Assembly: GCF_000150275.1 (NCBI RefSeq)
Contig: NW_002060943.1
Span: forward strand, 7,448,066-7,512,065
Origin: Trichoplax adhaerens
Lineage: Eukaryota > Animalia > Placozoa
DNA: 64,000 bases
Direction: 5' to 3'
Shown: one piece after another, positions 1 to 23,700 of the stretch
Numbering within the stretch: the first letter of the stretch is position 1
How the letters are laid out: the number at the start of each line of letters is the position of its first letter
Made by a program: the position numbers and the translations under genes
Notes under the pieces: generated by a model
What the model saw: the letters and a program-made list of their open reading frames with translations, nothing else
What the model was told of the DNA's origin: nothing
Databases searched by the model: none

Positions 1-85
1 AAGCAATTTGATTTCTATTTTCCTTACTTACTAATAGCAATGATTGACATTATTCTAAGCATAATTTTTGATTACAACACATAAG

Positions 86-1792
86 GATAACGATCAACCA
101 GATGATACACATCTACCACCAATTAACAGTGATGGTAGTAAAGAACCACAGGATGAAAAGACAAGAGAGAAAATGCAACATCTTATTTCTGATGCATTGA
201 AATTACTCGGTCCAGATTTTTCTGATACACTAGCAAAGGCATTTGAGGAAAAGATATCCAAAGAACAAAGCCCGCAAAATTCTACCCTGAATCAAAGTGA
301 AATACCAACAGCTACACTAGGTAGTTTAGGACGTGAGCAAGAAGGACCACCACAAATTTCACAGCAGTTCAACAAGCAACAAGAGCCTAAACCGGCTAAT
401 ACATTTCAACCTATCTTTACCAGTGGACCTAGAACCAATGGTCTATCTAATGTGCCTAAATCGAGCATGCCACGCTCTTTCATACGTCCAGAACAAAATC
501 AATTTAATAAAGCCCAAGAGGTTACTGCACCAGTGGTTGGTAATCGTATACGCGCACAACAACAGTTTAATAATCAGCAATATCCACCATTGTATTCCTA
601 CTATCCTCAAAATATGTCCATGCCCAATCAACCGATCTATAATCCTATGTTGGCAACGCATCCAAACATGTTTGGCATGAGGCCGCCATATCGTAAGTCA
701 TCGCCTTCTAAGAGATATCTTTCATTCTAGCCGATTACATATCTGTTATCGTTTATATAGCATACATCAATAAATGGATAATAGCTTTAGCAAAAGTAGA
801 CACGCCGACATCATTTAGAACCAGTCAATTGTAGCATCCATAGTATTATGTTAATCTTATTAAGGATTGAGTGATATCACTTTCAAGTTAGCCTGGCAGT
901 GATCTAATTTTGAACACTACTATTAGTCATTACGGAGAAGAAATGCTCATATGCGTAGATGATCGAGCTTATCGATAAATGACTTGTTTGATTCCTTCAT
1001 TTCATAACCATAGAGCTTAAAATAAATATTCCTACTATTATTAAGAGTTGTAATAAGTTTATAGGAGTGGAAATGTTAATTTTTCATCCTCATCTATTTA
1101 TTATTAGTTATGGGCTACCAGCCTCAACCGCAACCTCAATATACTGCTATACCAATGACTGATAGTGGCGAGCAGATGCACGTAACTCCAGTTGTTCAGC
1201 AACCTGATGGAATGGGTGGAATGACTTGGGCACCAGATTATTCAGCTATGCAGAATAATAATCCACAATTTTTACCGACCGGACAAAGCAATGTCAATGT
1301 AAGCTACCTATTATTACTCGTCTTAATGGAATAATTTCATTTTCAATTAAAGGCATTATCAGCAATAGATTTAGTTGAAATTCATTACTTATAAGTGAAA
1401 TTAAGCAATCAATCCATTTCTAATGAATTTCTATTCTGGTTTAGCCAAATGCATCTTTCCAGGACACACCAACAGCAAATCGTCTACCAACGACAAGCAA
1501 TATAAATCAATCACAACGAACGCCAACATCTTTAGGTGGTCTATCATCACTTGATAGAACAGGACCTCGGGCGCAAAAATTGGCAGTAAGAAGTCCAGCA
1601 GGATTACAAGCTATGGAACCACTATCCAATACAGTTGATAGTTTTGCCAGTGGTGTATCTTCACAAAGCTCTAAACCTTTAATTAGAAGTATTAAAGAAG
1701 AATTACTAAAGTTGTCGACAAGAGGCTCTGTTCTATTAGATAACAAAGATACAAGTTCTACTAATCTTTTAGATAGCAGCCGCAATATATAA
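86..1792 (+). CDS. 3' portion of an unknown Pro/Gln/Ser/Asn-rich, largely low-complexity protein (5' end lies upstream of the window)
   Basis: Three ORF-track segments join in frame through GT-AG introns: exons ~86-692 (acceptor AAG at 83-85 is tentative), 1108-1298 and 1445-1792 (TAA). Donors are C|GTAAGT (693) and AAT|GTAAGC (1299). No domain recognised. Confidence 0.75.
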
Positions 1793-3331
1793 ATTAATTT
1801 TCAATTCTCTAAATTATGTATTTATGATACTGATTTTTAAAGTTCATTATTGATGGTCTAATTCACGACAATATGTATACTGTGAGAATCGAAACAACAG
1901 AATATTTTTAGAATAATTTTCTCATCGATTGAGCATCTTTATTATAAGCGACTTTGTATTTTAAGATGCTATACTGAATTGAAAACAGATTTCTGTATAA
2001 AGTAACCTTTCTCTCTCTCTCTATATATATATAGAAAATAAGTTTAAAATGACAGTACTAATTCATTAATTCTGGACCGCCTTAGATTTTTAACGGATAT
2101 CATTTCCTACATGACAACATTGTACAGTTTATATATAATATTTTGTGTAGAATTGAACCATTAATAAGCCAAGAAATAATAATTAATTAATTAATCCTAC
2201 GTGAAAGGTATTACTGTTAGCTATGTTTAAGAATATTGAGATATATACTTTTAGTTGTATTTACTCATTAAAATTGTATTTTATATATATATATATATAA
2301 TGATCACCCTATGCCGTTGAATGGCATAGAACCATCTACGATGGTTATGCTACCGATTTGAAGCATGATACAGTATATACATTTGACAGATATTAATCAA
2401 GTTATGCTTGCAGTCATCTATTGAACTAAGAGTATTGCACTAAAAACTATACTCTAATCATACTTTACAATGTTTCAAATGTAGCACCTAATGTTAACTG
2501 TGTGATTTCTATCGGCTTGTATTGTGAAATTGGTGAGCATTCTTACCTCGGAGTGTATTGACAACGACCACAAACAAGATATAATCATTTTATTTATACA
2601 TTTCTATTGACTGTTTAGCTCGGAAATTTTATAAGAATGACATTGTATTAAAATGGTAAAACTTTTAATTTACTTTGTAAAAGCTGTATCCACAGTCGAT
2701 CTAAGTAGTATATATTTTCCTTTTTTCGGTACGTATAACTCGATTTTACTGAGTTACGAAAAATAAATAAAATCGCTTTGACCCATGAATTTACAGTCTA
2801 GTAATGGCTATGATGCTAGGAATTGTTTTTAACTTTAAACTACTGTACCTGATGAGTGCAAATGTTCTTTTCTAGTTGGAAATTGAGAATAACAACATTA
2901 CTGTACGATAGTAGGCATACAGTTGATGATAGTGCATTTTTATTGATCTTGAATGAATCAACGGTACTCATAATTAAGGTATTCTAAATATGAGTGGTAG
3001 ATCTTTAGAAGTCTGTGAAGCATTTATGATAGACATTCCAAACACTAAGCTAAATATTCTTGTTTGCAAGGTGCATTTTAATGGATGTTGAATGAATCAA
3101 CTGTATTTATATTACTCTAGTAATCAGGCATAGTAATATTGTTATTTTTAATGTAGCCAATCGTCGTAATAGTGCAATGATAGCTTCTGCGAACTGGGAT
3201 TGAGCTCGGTTGCAAAGCTACTCTGTCTGTGATGCCTGTATGCTGACTGTGCTCTGAGTTATATAGCAGAAGAGAAAAAATTTGTCGTTGACCAAAGCAC
3301 GGACTAATAAAAAATAGTCCATAGTCAAGGC

Positions 3332-3442
3332 AGGAACTACTAAGATTGTCCGGACATGAAGTGTCCTTTCAGTGCCTTTAGCCTTTGACTCAATGACACC
3401 GGCAACTCTCCTTTGAGAGCCTGCAGTTTCTTAGTAGTTCCT
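3332..3442. mobile_element. Small element bounded by perfect 14-bp terminal inverted repeats (MITE-like)
   Basis: AGGAACTACTAAGA (3332-3345) and its exact reverse complement TCTTAGTAGTTCCT (3429-3442). No clear target-site duplication. Confidence 0.35.
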
Positions 3443-3847
3443 TAATTAATTATCATTACTGGTGAAATCAGTGGAAATTCAAGGGAATATAGTCCGATTT
3501 GAAGTTAATCGAGTCTATCGCATCAATATGATTTGATAATGAATTAGTTACTATGGAAATCTGCGTGGACCGGAAACGAAAACAGAGTATAGACTGCTTA
3601 GTGTGACACTCTGATGCCTGTTTTAACTATGTGATCATATACGAGGACTGTCTTTTATATAGAAATTTTTGTCCTTATGTCCCACTCCCATCCTGTCTCA
3701 TGTTTACTAGAATATCCTCTCATCAACCTGTCAAGATAATAAGGTAACATAGTAGTCAGTCAGTAATCGATTGGAGAACTGGCCGATCAAATACAAATAG
3801 TGTTGTACTTTCATAGTTAATATTCTAAGCTATTAATCCAATCATGT

Positions 3848-4478
3848 AATAAGGAAGTACGGCAGTGTTGTGGCTAGTTGAATAATAACGGATTACTGTA
3901 GACACATTGCTAATGATTTAGAATATAGTCAGACAGTAGGCCTAGTGTATACGCAATGTATAGCGGCAGAAGAGATTTTGGAGGGTACTGTTAACTTTGT
4001 AAGCTTGCATGATAGCAATGTATGAACTGGAGCACGACATAAGACATTTTGCTTTCAATGCTTCAGTATTTTGGGTAAATTCAATGACTCTCACGCTGGC
4101 AATATTGAAGAACTTGTTTATCACTACAGTAGGCCATTTAAAAAGGAATGAGACAGATCTGTGCTATCAACACAATCATATAATAAGGAAGTGCGGCATT
4201 ATTATGACCAGTCGCATAAGAGCGGACTACAGTTAACTGTCGACGCATTGCTGATGATTTGGAATATATTCAGAAGAGATTTGCAGGGGTACTATTAACC
4301 TTCTAAGCTTGCATAATAGCAGCGTATGAACTGGAGTAGGACAAGGCTGCAGTCAAAACATTTTGCTTGCCATAGTTTAGTGTTTTAGGCAAAAATGAAG
4401 GACTTTCACGCTGGCAATATTGAATGACTTGTTCATCACTACAATAGACCATTCAATAATGAGTGCAATAGACCTGTG
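3848..4478. repeat. Diverged two-copy tandem duplication, unit ~335 bp
   Basis: AATAAGGAAGT(A/G)CGGCA at 3848 and 4182. Shared downstream blocks include TATGAACTGGAG and TCACGCTGGCAATATTGAA. Confidence 0.85.
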
Positions 4479-4733
4479 TAAAAGTTTTCACAAAGTTTTG
4501 CTATAACAGTAATAATAGCCTACAGTAGAGTGATTCTCGACTAGTTTGTGAGATGATGGGCAAGTAGGGAGAGAAAAATCCTTATGCTATGTCCATTGTA
4601 TTACGTGAATTGTAGATGTATATATATATATATATAATGATTAGCGGTAGTGGCACCGAGGGGCTTTCCGGGTCTTTCTCCATTTTTTTTTTGAATGGAA
4701 AGAGAAAAGGTTTCCTACAACACAACGACCGCT

Positions 4734-5098
4734 CCTACAAAATGCCGTCCCCAAAACTGCAATAAACGCTCATGAGAAAACTTTTGCCGTAGACCTTTAA
4801 CCACTATTATCCCTTGATATATTTTGATTTGTTGGCATAACTATCAACGCCATTTTATATACACCTTGGAGCTTTTCTTGCTCAACTATTTTGATCCTTG
4901 AGGTAAGGGCCCCCACCTACAAAATGCCGTCCCCAAAACTGCAATAAACACTCATGAGAAAACTTTTGCCGTAGACCTTTAACCACTATTATCCCTTGAT
5001 ATATTTTGATTTGTTGGCATAACTATCAACGCCATTTTATATACACCTTGGAGCTTTTCTTGTTCAACTATTTTGATCCTTGAGCTAAGGGCCCCACC
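4734..5098. repeat. Near-identical two-copy tandem duplication, unit 182 bp, upstream of MOB2
   Basis: CCTACAAAATGCCGTCCCCAAAACTGC at 4734 and 4916. The copies differ at only a few positions. Confidence 0.95.
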
Positions 5099-6040
5099 CT
5101 TCGTTGACAAGACTGATCAACACCTCCTTGGAATAGAGTGACCAGTACAGGAGTTAAACTGTTAGTCTAAGCAGTGTATCGATTGGGAGAATATGTTCTT
5201 GTATGACAGCCCACTGCGGGACTCGCTATGCCTACAGTATACAGTCCTTTTCACTGGTGTACACACCGTACTTGGTACAGTAAGAAGCTTCCGTCCGTCG
5301 GATTTGCTGGCATCAGCAACGAAAGTCCAACGTCGGCCATTCCACTGTTGGGCTGCTTGCTGTGCATTTTTGTTAGTGGATTTATTATTTATTTATAGCT
5401 TTTCTCTCTCTATTACTGCAGTGTTATCCACTTGAATAGCTCATTACAGTTATAACAGTCTTGTTGATGTGCTTCATCATAAGCTGTGAAAGACTGTTTG
5501 TATTCTATTTGCAGTGAGGATTGTACACCTTCATAAGCTTGTCGGAGTTAGTTAGCTAACGTTGGTACGCAAACATCAATCTATTTTCCATAGTTATTCC
5601 TATTGTATTTGGATTGGTCTACGTTAATTGGCCTATCGATCTCTGTGGTCGCTAACTCGTCGTGATAGTTTGGCATCCATTTTTTTTTCCAATTCCTGAT
5701 GACAATCAATTGAGATCCAATAGCATCAATCTAAAGCTGTAGAAAGTTCTTATAGTTTTCTTCTTTCTTCTACCCCTTCCTCCCCCTCCTCCTGGTCTAT
5801 CGGTTGGCGTAGTAGAAGAGTAGAATCATCTTTCAAAACTGTTGTGACTTGGTGGACTCTTGACCGACTTGTTATTAATTACCCAAGTCATATTGGCTAG
5901 CATTTCAAGACATTGGTTTCCACTAGCTACCAGTGTATTTCTATCGGCCAACACTCATCCACTGTCTGAATCAAAATCCTTCAGCGAATAATAAGGTCAA
6001 TAACGGCTGGCAGCGTTAGTATACTTTCTCGATCAAATCA

Positions 6041-9000
6041 ATGGAATGGTTAGGCTTAGGGTAAGTTGAAAACGATTTGAAGCATTCAATGTTGATCACG
6101 GCTTCCAACTTTACCGTCTGTAGTAGAATCGATCGAACAATGTGTGTATAGACTACAAGATTTACTTCTAGTGATGGAGTAGGGCTAAATTTTACTTTAG
6201 AAAGATAGAAATCAATTTAATTTTAATTGAGATATTACCACCATCGAGACAATATTACACCAACAATATACAGTACAAATAATAGTAGAAAACTAGGCTG
6301 TTTACATACTAAAGGATCAGTTAACTAGAGACAGAGAGTTAGCCAATTTTTCCTCCTTTCTTCCTTTGGACTCCATTGACTATCGTCAACATCGGTTTGT
6401 TTTCACCTTCATCGTTCAACATAACGACCATCTAATCGACATCAACATTCTTTTATGTATAGGAAAGGGAAAAAGAAAGCTGTAGTTGAAGAGAAAAAAG
6501 CTTACTTGGATAGTAAATTCCTCCATCATAAGATTGTCGACTTCGATTTTGTTCATGGTGTTAAATTACCACCAGGCGTCGATTTAAACGAATGGCTGGC
6601 AACTCATGGTAAATACCATCCATACTTTCTTGTCAATAGTCGAGTACAACTTAACCTGTCTAAAGTGCACTTATCCAACATCTGCATTTTGCTATAAACT
6701 CTCTTTTCTTCAATTTTATCGGTACTTTCTATACTTTGCCAATAGAACGATTGATTCTCTTTGGCTTGATTGATCTGACTTTTGAACTATGTCATTATTG
6801 TATAATCGCTTAACCTACAGTAAGATACCCTGCAGATATTTTCCTTCTTTTTTTTCCGCTTGATGTCGTCATGGTCATACAGTAGGTGCTGTCGTAATGA
6901 TTGATTGTCTAGATAAAAATATCGACCATTTCTACCGACAAACTATTGCAAAAGTGTATCGTGACATCGACAACGCTAATACTTATTTTGACCATGGATA
7001 GGGCAACATTCAACCGCTACTTTACACCCTAAAAATCTCACATTTTCATCAGTGATACTCGATTAGAAACTATGTCATCATTACGCCTAGATAGGGCTTT
7101 ATACGCTAAATTTTAGTAGGATAGCTTTACTTTGTTGATGGATTAATAGGCGTAGTCGACGTTGCTGAGTTTAAAAAGATCAAGCTGCTATGGAGAAAAA
7201 ATGATAATACTAATCATTCTTTATACTTGTTAATGATGTAATTATAGCTGTCAACTTTTTCAAGAATATTAACTTGATCTTTGGCACTGTCAACGAACAG
7301 TGTACAACCGCTAACTGCCCGATCATGAACGCTGGTGCTACGTAAGTTCAATTAACTCTTGTTAATTTCATGGTGAAATACAATACTAGACTTGTGCGAT
7401 AGGACGAGTAATTTTTGCTGTTATGTTCTATAGCTTATAGCTACAAGAATAAAATTACTGTAGTACCTTTGGTACCTTTAGCGAATGCACTACTCAAAGC
7501 TGCACATATTTTGGGCATTCTTTATCATCAAGCTCATCAGTACTAATTTTTTTTTGTTGTGGGGCTTTTAATCTCATACTTCCCCCGACGATAATTGTAC
7601 GCTAGATATCCATCCTATAGTGTTCTAATAAAAGAGAAAGACTTTTCTTGTACCATTGGTCTTAGGACAAAATGTCAACTATTAAATACCTCGCTTTCAT
7701 TTAGATTGATTTGTATTACATCAAATCCATTCTATTCGTAGATTTGATACCTTTTATTGAACATAGACTCTACTAGTAGAGGAAAAATAATCTACTGGAG
7801 GTGTTAAAGAAACGATTGTTTTCATCTATTACTGTACTTTGTTCTACGCGTATAACTTAACTACTGGTTTCATATTGTTCACCATCTATCCTTATCCGAT
7901 TATCATCAATAAATAATAAGAATGTATTAAATAATATTTACTATTAGTAGACAAATGTGATGACGATAAATGATTACGACATAAAGTTATTGTTTAGTCA
8001 TAATTTCTTCGATATTGGCATTTTTTTTCTTCTAGTCAATACAATTGGTATGATGATAAAAATAAGAAAATTAAATTGTCAGCACCTCAGTACATTGATA
8101 CTGTGATGTCATTTATCGAAAAACAAGTTAATGATGAAGAAATTTTCTCAACTAAATATGGTATGTTCACTACGATTGGATAGATAGCAATATATAAGTT
8201 AATAGCGGAGTATATTGAGAGAATTGTTTGATGTAATCCATTGCTAATATACTTGTTATCGATTGCAATACTTTAATGCTTATAATAGATAAAATTGAGT
8301 GATCAAAAATGATGACGAGAATAAAGTAGGATACTCTTCTATTCCTTTGGCTGTAGTAGACGTCATTATTAAGGTCATCAACTACGATAAAAAAGCGTTT
8401 GAATGCTACAATAATTAACCTTAGGCGAAGATGACCGTTGCCATTGGATTATACAGTCTCATTGAGTGAATGTTTTTACACTAAAATATGTTTGTCGTCA
8501 TTATCGGTAACCGTTGTATAGAAATCTAGTAGAGTATGGAGTAACCTAGATATAGAATCAATTTTGCATTAACATTTCTAAAATAATGTGTATACTGTCG
8601 ATCAGCAATAGCACACAGTACCGTAGCAGAAAACAGACTAATTATAATCATTTATATCATTTCACTGTGTCAATGTCATAAGATATTAAGTAATTACATT
8701 GATTATTACTTCAGCTCGATTAATTTGTATCTTAATATGGCTTATTGCATAGTATATGGAGGAGAAAAATGTTCTAAGTAATGACCTTGATTGAGTATGC
8801 TCGATTGCATAATATTGCTAGAACAATAGTTAGAATACATCAATACAACAATGAATATACCATCAAGCCTTAGACGATAATCTGTCCGAGTGTATAATAT
8901 ATACATCTATGATCATATCGTATTTTGAATAACTTTTCAACGCTGCCGAGCCCCTTGATATAGTACTAATACGTACATTAGTTCATTTTCGGATCTTAAC

Positions 9001-9625
9001 TGTCAACGAAGGTATTATTACTTTCACGATTTATCCTACATACAAATTTTATATCCACGTATATCGACGCACATACAGTACGCAAATTGCGATGGTAAAT
9101 TCCGATACTGTAAACTATAGTACTGTATATTGATACGCGAATAATGTCAACTCGTATTCGTGTTGTCTAGTTATAGGTATCGCTAAGCATCATGATATCA
9201 GACAATCACTGGTTTTAATCTACCATACTAGTAGTTGATAGGGACAAGACATAACACTATTTAAATGAATTGTAATGCATACTGCATTAAACTTATGTTA
9301 TAAATTGAATTAGCCAATGTAAATCTTTATTCTTAATTAAATAGTACTAATTATTTTTTCGCTCCTCCTTTATATACTATTTCTAGGCACAGAATTTCCT
9401 TCTTGCTTTCAAAATATTATTAAGAAAATTTTTAAAATATTATTTCATGTTATCGCACATATCTATCACTCACATTTTCAAACTATAATTGATCTCGAAG
9501 AGAGTACACATCTAAATGCATTACTCTTACATTATGTACTATTTGCTAGAGAGTTTAACTTATTAGATGAAAAGGAGACGAGTCCACTAGATGATTTAAT
9601 ACAAATGCTAAAAGCAACAACTTAA
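6041..9625 (+). CDS. MOB2: MOB kinase activator 2 (NDR-kinase binding MOB family), 207 aa
   Basis: Exons 6041-6060, 6463-6608, 7248-7341, 8036-8160 and 9387-9625 splice in frame via GT-AG introns. Translation MEWLGLG...EEKKAYL...LPPGVDLNEWLA...CTTANCPIMNAG.TQYNWYD...SAPQYID...EEIFSTKYGTEFP...LFHVIAHIY.SHF...FAREFNLLDEKE matches the MOB2 subfamily (human MDWLMG..., LNEWLA, APQYVD, FAREFNLLDPKE). The two Cys and two His zinc ligands are present. Confidence 0.95.
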
Positions 9626-10472
9626 TTGCATACCCATGCAACGGATAGTAGAATATAGACTTTGTCAATAAAAATTTTTTACACTACTGTATAGAAGATT
9701 GCAAAGTTGATATACACAACAGCACGGTTATATTTCTTGCTACTTTTAAAATCGATCACTGTCATTGTTATAGATAGACTCCATTTATTGTTATAGGAAC
9801 TTTACAAAAAATTTTATGTCATATCAGATTGTGTAATAAAAACACAGTCAAATGTCTTACACGTATACATATTTACATTGACGGACGGACTTTTCTTTCT
9901 ATTCAACAAAAAATTAAACACTGTCTAAAATGAGTGAAAGACCAAATAAGCTAAAGATATTGGTTATAAAAGTGAAAGTTGTTGAGTATAATGCAATTTG
10001 TTGTTTTTCTTCTCGGGTAGCAAAAAGTGCATGTGTACGATCTGACGTACTGTTAATTAAGATTCTGATTGCAGTAGAACTTCGAATTCGCTAGCTTAAA
10101 CAAATTAGTATAGTCATATGGTTTCGGCTAAGAACATTTTCACTGCCAAAGGTAATTTAAAAATAGCCAATGAAAAAATTCACTTCACAATTGTAGCATG
10201 TTCTAAATTTCCTAATATTGGCCTATTAAAGAATGCTTGTGCCAAAGTTTATCATTAATTATAGTTAGGGAACGAGGTAGTATACTCTATACATTTTTCA
10301 TGTAATACTCGCATAACCTAGTGACTAATTGAAGTTGTCCGCAAAAGAACATTAAGAAAATCTATCCATTAACTTTATAGATTGTAAGATGCATTCAAAG
10401 CTTAAAATTTTATACGAATAATAACTAAGATGATAAAACACCACATAAATGGATATCACACTAAAGAAATCT

Positions 10473-20211
<9,739 letters not shown>

Positions 20212-20627
20212 TTTTTTTTTTTTCCCCTCAATCCTGGAGCTTTCTTCTCAACACCGCGTACTCACAATGAATCAAATAAAGCAACGCTTGGATTGCCAAT
20301 GGAAGGAATGAGACTGGTACTAGTATTGTATCAAGCAAGAATGGATATCAATCCAGTAAGACGATAACGATCCACTGGTCAATTAATGAATGGAAGAATT
20401 GCAATCTTGGCACCTCGATGAGCCTGCGATGGATACTGTAGACGATCTGTAAAATAAAAATAAGACACAACCAAGCTCAACGAGGATAATCTCTCTCTCT
20501 CTCTCTTTACTGATTGACAGAGTGCTATCTAATAACGAGTATTAGATAGTATACAAACAGCTTGTCGCTGATAGGTACAATTTCTACTCGGCCAGTCAAT
20601 CAAACCGAGTGGAGTGCAGCTACAGAC

Positions 20628-20720
20628 TACAGTACAGTACAGTACAGTACGATCATTGGACTGCCAGTACTAAGTACTGTAATCTCCTCGATACGGTATG
20701 GTGCGGTGCGGTGCGGTACG
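20628..20720. repeat. Pentamer microsatellite (TACAG)4 and a related (CGGTG/CGGTA)n run in the BRSK upstream region
   Basis: TACAG x4 at 20628-20647 and CGGTATGGTGCGGTGCGGTGCGGTACG at 20694-20720. Confidence 0.8.
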
Positions 20721-23700
20721 CCATCGATCGATTGCTGTGTCATGCAACCGCTGGCTGACGCTATAGTAATCGACTTGTAGAGTGTACAGTACTCGCACTG
20801 TACACTCTACAGTATCCAAAAAACAAAACACTGTACTGTACTGATCTTATTCGTCAAGTCAGTCTAGACCTGTCAGAGGTAAGCCTTCAGACACGGTCAA
20901 TAGCCGAGAGCTTGCTCAATGCTTATGGCTGAAAATGGACTAAATGACTGTACTGCGATTTTTGTCCTCTCGTAACGCGTCATAAAATTTTGCACTTTGC
21001 AGTTCACAAGGTCGCCCCGTTGGCCGCAATCCACGACTGTGCTTTACAAAACATGGTCCAGCGCTATACTGTGTAGCCCAAATGAATTGGTGCATCTTGA
21101 ATACTACTACAGTATACTGTACAGTACAGTACTACAAGAGCTCTACAGTGTACAGTATGTTATCTACAGTACTGCCGAGTCCAAACGATACTGTACAAGA
21201 AGCAGACAGTGACGTAGGCAGTGACGTTCATGCTCGACGTACTGTACAGTACTACTATGCTACTGTCAGACTCGATACAGTAGGCAGGCTAAAAGTAGAA
21301 GGAAAAGAATCGAACCCCCATCACAACGAGTCGATAAAATACAGCATACTGCTATACCTGACTCGATATCACTCGTAGATAGGACATATCCACATCGCGA
21401 GGGTTCGGTTAATGTAACGAGAGGACATCGATCATTCACCGTCTTCAATTGCAAGTCTGGATCAATCGAATATACTGTACTAGACGAGGATATTGCACAA
21501 TGCAAGTCCAAAAATGACTACCCTATGCCCAAATGCCTAAAGCCATATCATTTGTAATGTAAGTTACGTTAATTTACCCTCAATGATTCAATCAGAAAAG
21601 GAAAGATAATGGATAGGACTGGATAAAATGTTGACAAAACTATGACTTGGAAAATGGCAACTTTGTCTGACACCATTTACGTATAAATTACTGCACAGCA
21701 TTAATAAATAACAATAATATCCTGATCAATAAAAGACATGAATAATATAGCATGATAATAGCCCATGTAAATGAATAAAACAAAAACGATAATGACGTAT
21801 TTTGCTACGCATGGGCTGCTTTCTGTGTTGATTGTTTGTTGATAGCGACGCCGATCATCATGAACTAGTGGTGAGCTGGAGTCAACAGTGGAATGCTCGA
21901 ACTCTCTACAGTAGAGACGATTGTCGCAGTAATGGCACTACTGTCTGTAAATCTGTACTCTATCATCATCGATCGATGCGTGTAAGGAAACTGTACTTAC
22001 AACTAATTTATGCCGCTCTATAACTGTCTACTGATACTTGGTGTGGAACTGTCAATCCGACAAAAGAAGCATCTTCTCTATTCATAATCACAAGGTTGAA
22101 TAGCCGCTTGCTTACCTATTCTTAGCATATAAACTACACTAATCAGTTCTGCCAAGAAAAAAATATTTACCACTGTAAATATCATCATCAGTGTTGAAGA
22201 GTCATTACGCATCGACTCTTGTGCTGTTGAAAACTTTCCTTACGGTAATAAACAAGTGTCGGTATCGGCAGCATTTCAAGATGTCCTATTTGCTTAGGAT
22301 ACAATATTATACAGTATATAATAAAATTGATTATTTATTCTATATTACTCTGAGACATGTGTACATACGACTCTACCTCATCATCGAATAAATGTGGACA
22401 TTCTTATAACGTCAATCACTACTAGAATAGAATCGTAATGCTTGTTTTAAATGCTAAAGTCACTCACAACCATGGCTAATAATTGTAAATGATGTTATTT
22501 TGGATCGATTGAAACAAAGACTGTATTGTTACTTGTCCATCATGTTTTTATCATATTTTTGATTATCTAATCTATTTACTATGATTATGGATAGATAATA
22601 CAGAGAATAACGGTGAACAAAACATTATTATAGCCCTACGCTATATGTTCATGCTTCATCATCACCTTGGGATCGAATGTGGGCAAATCATATACTGTAC
22701 TCTTTGTCACTTAATATATCAGCGTACAGCAGTAGAAATCTTTGACAACGAGCAAACCGAGCAGATAGCGTAAACCATCAAAACAAATTTGGATTTTCAA
22801 GTGACACATGTCTTCCCATCGATTATACAGTATAATATTATAGTAACTCTATCACACAAGACATCCAATTTATGATGTCACTCATAGTATACGTAGCATC
22901 ACTTACTTCCTCGCCACTGGATAGATAGCTGCAAAAGATCCTTTTCCAAAGTTAATTTACAACATACTTCATGTCCCAAAATTCGGTCTTTATCACTGAC
23001 ACACTGATCGATTGAAAAGCCAACCGTCAACACGTTACTCTTGAACGTAGCATTTTAATGTACTGTATAACCTTAATACGTATCCTATAATGACGCTTGA
23101 AATACTATACAGTAATTAGCATAAATTAATCATTTAATGACTAATTTACAAGTTATTTACAATTACTTCAATAACAAAACTCCATTCTTTTCTTACTAGT
23201 CTACATATCAACGCAATAAATACCAGATTCTATGTCATACATATAATGTCGGTAATTGGTCAGTTAGACATGCACAAAAGCTATTTTTCTTCTCATTGTC
23301 ATCATTTTTCCCCTTGTAATCTGACTAAAATACGCTGAGCGCTAAGTTGACGATCAACTAGCATGACTTTAACATCAGTAGACAGGATAGCGATTAAACC
23401 AAGAGGTCATCGTCAATCTATACATTTACCTTTATTTTGTCGCTCTAAAATTGGTGGATATATTTCCAATACAAGCGATAGAAATGTATTATGATGAATC
23501 CATGTAATCTGTCCAAAATCGACTGTTATTAGTCAATATTCAATTCCTACAATGGGCCAGCCAATACGCGCAAAATAAAAAAAGGAACCGTTGCCGTTCG
23601 ATATGAAATTAATTAATAACCGATCAACTCAAAACTCTAGTATAGAATAATGATGATTATATTTATTAAATCATTTTCCGATATATTATTGCATTAGGGT

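Noticed and set aside
20562-21511. Several 70-100 aa ORFs upstream of BRSK
   Set aside because: Their translations are dominated by YSTVQ/TVLY from the TACAG repeats. They are not protein-like.
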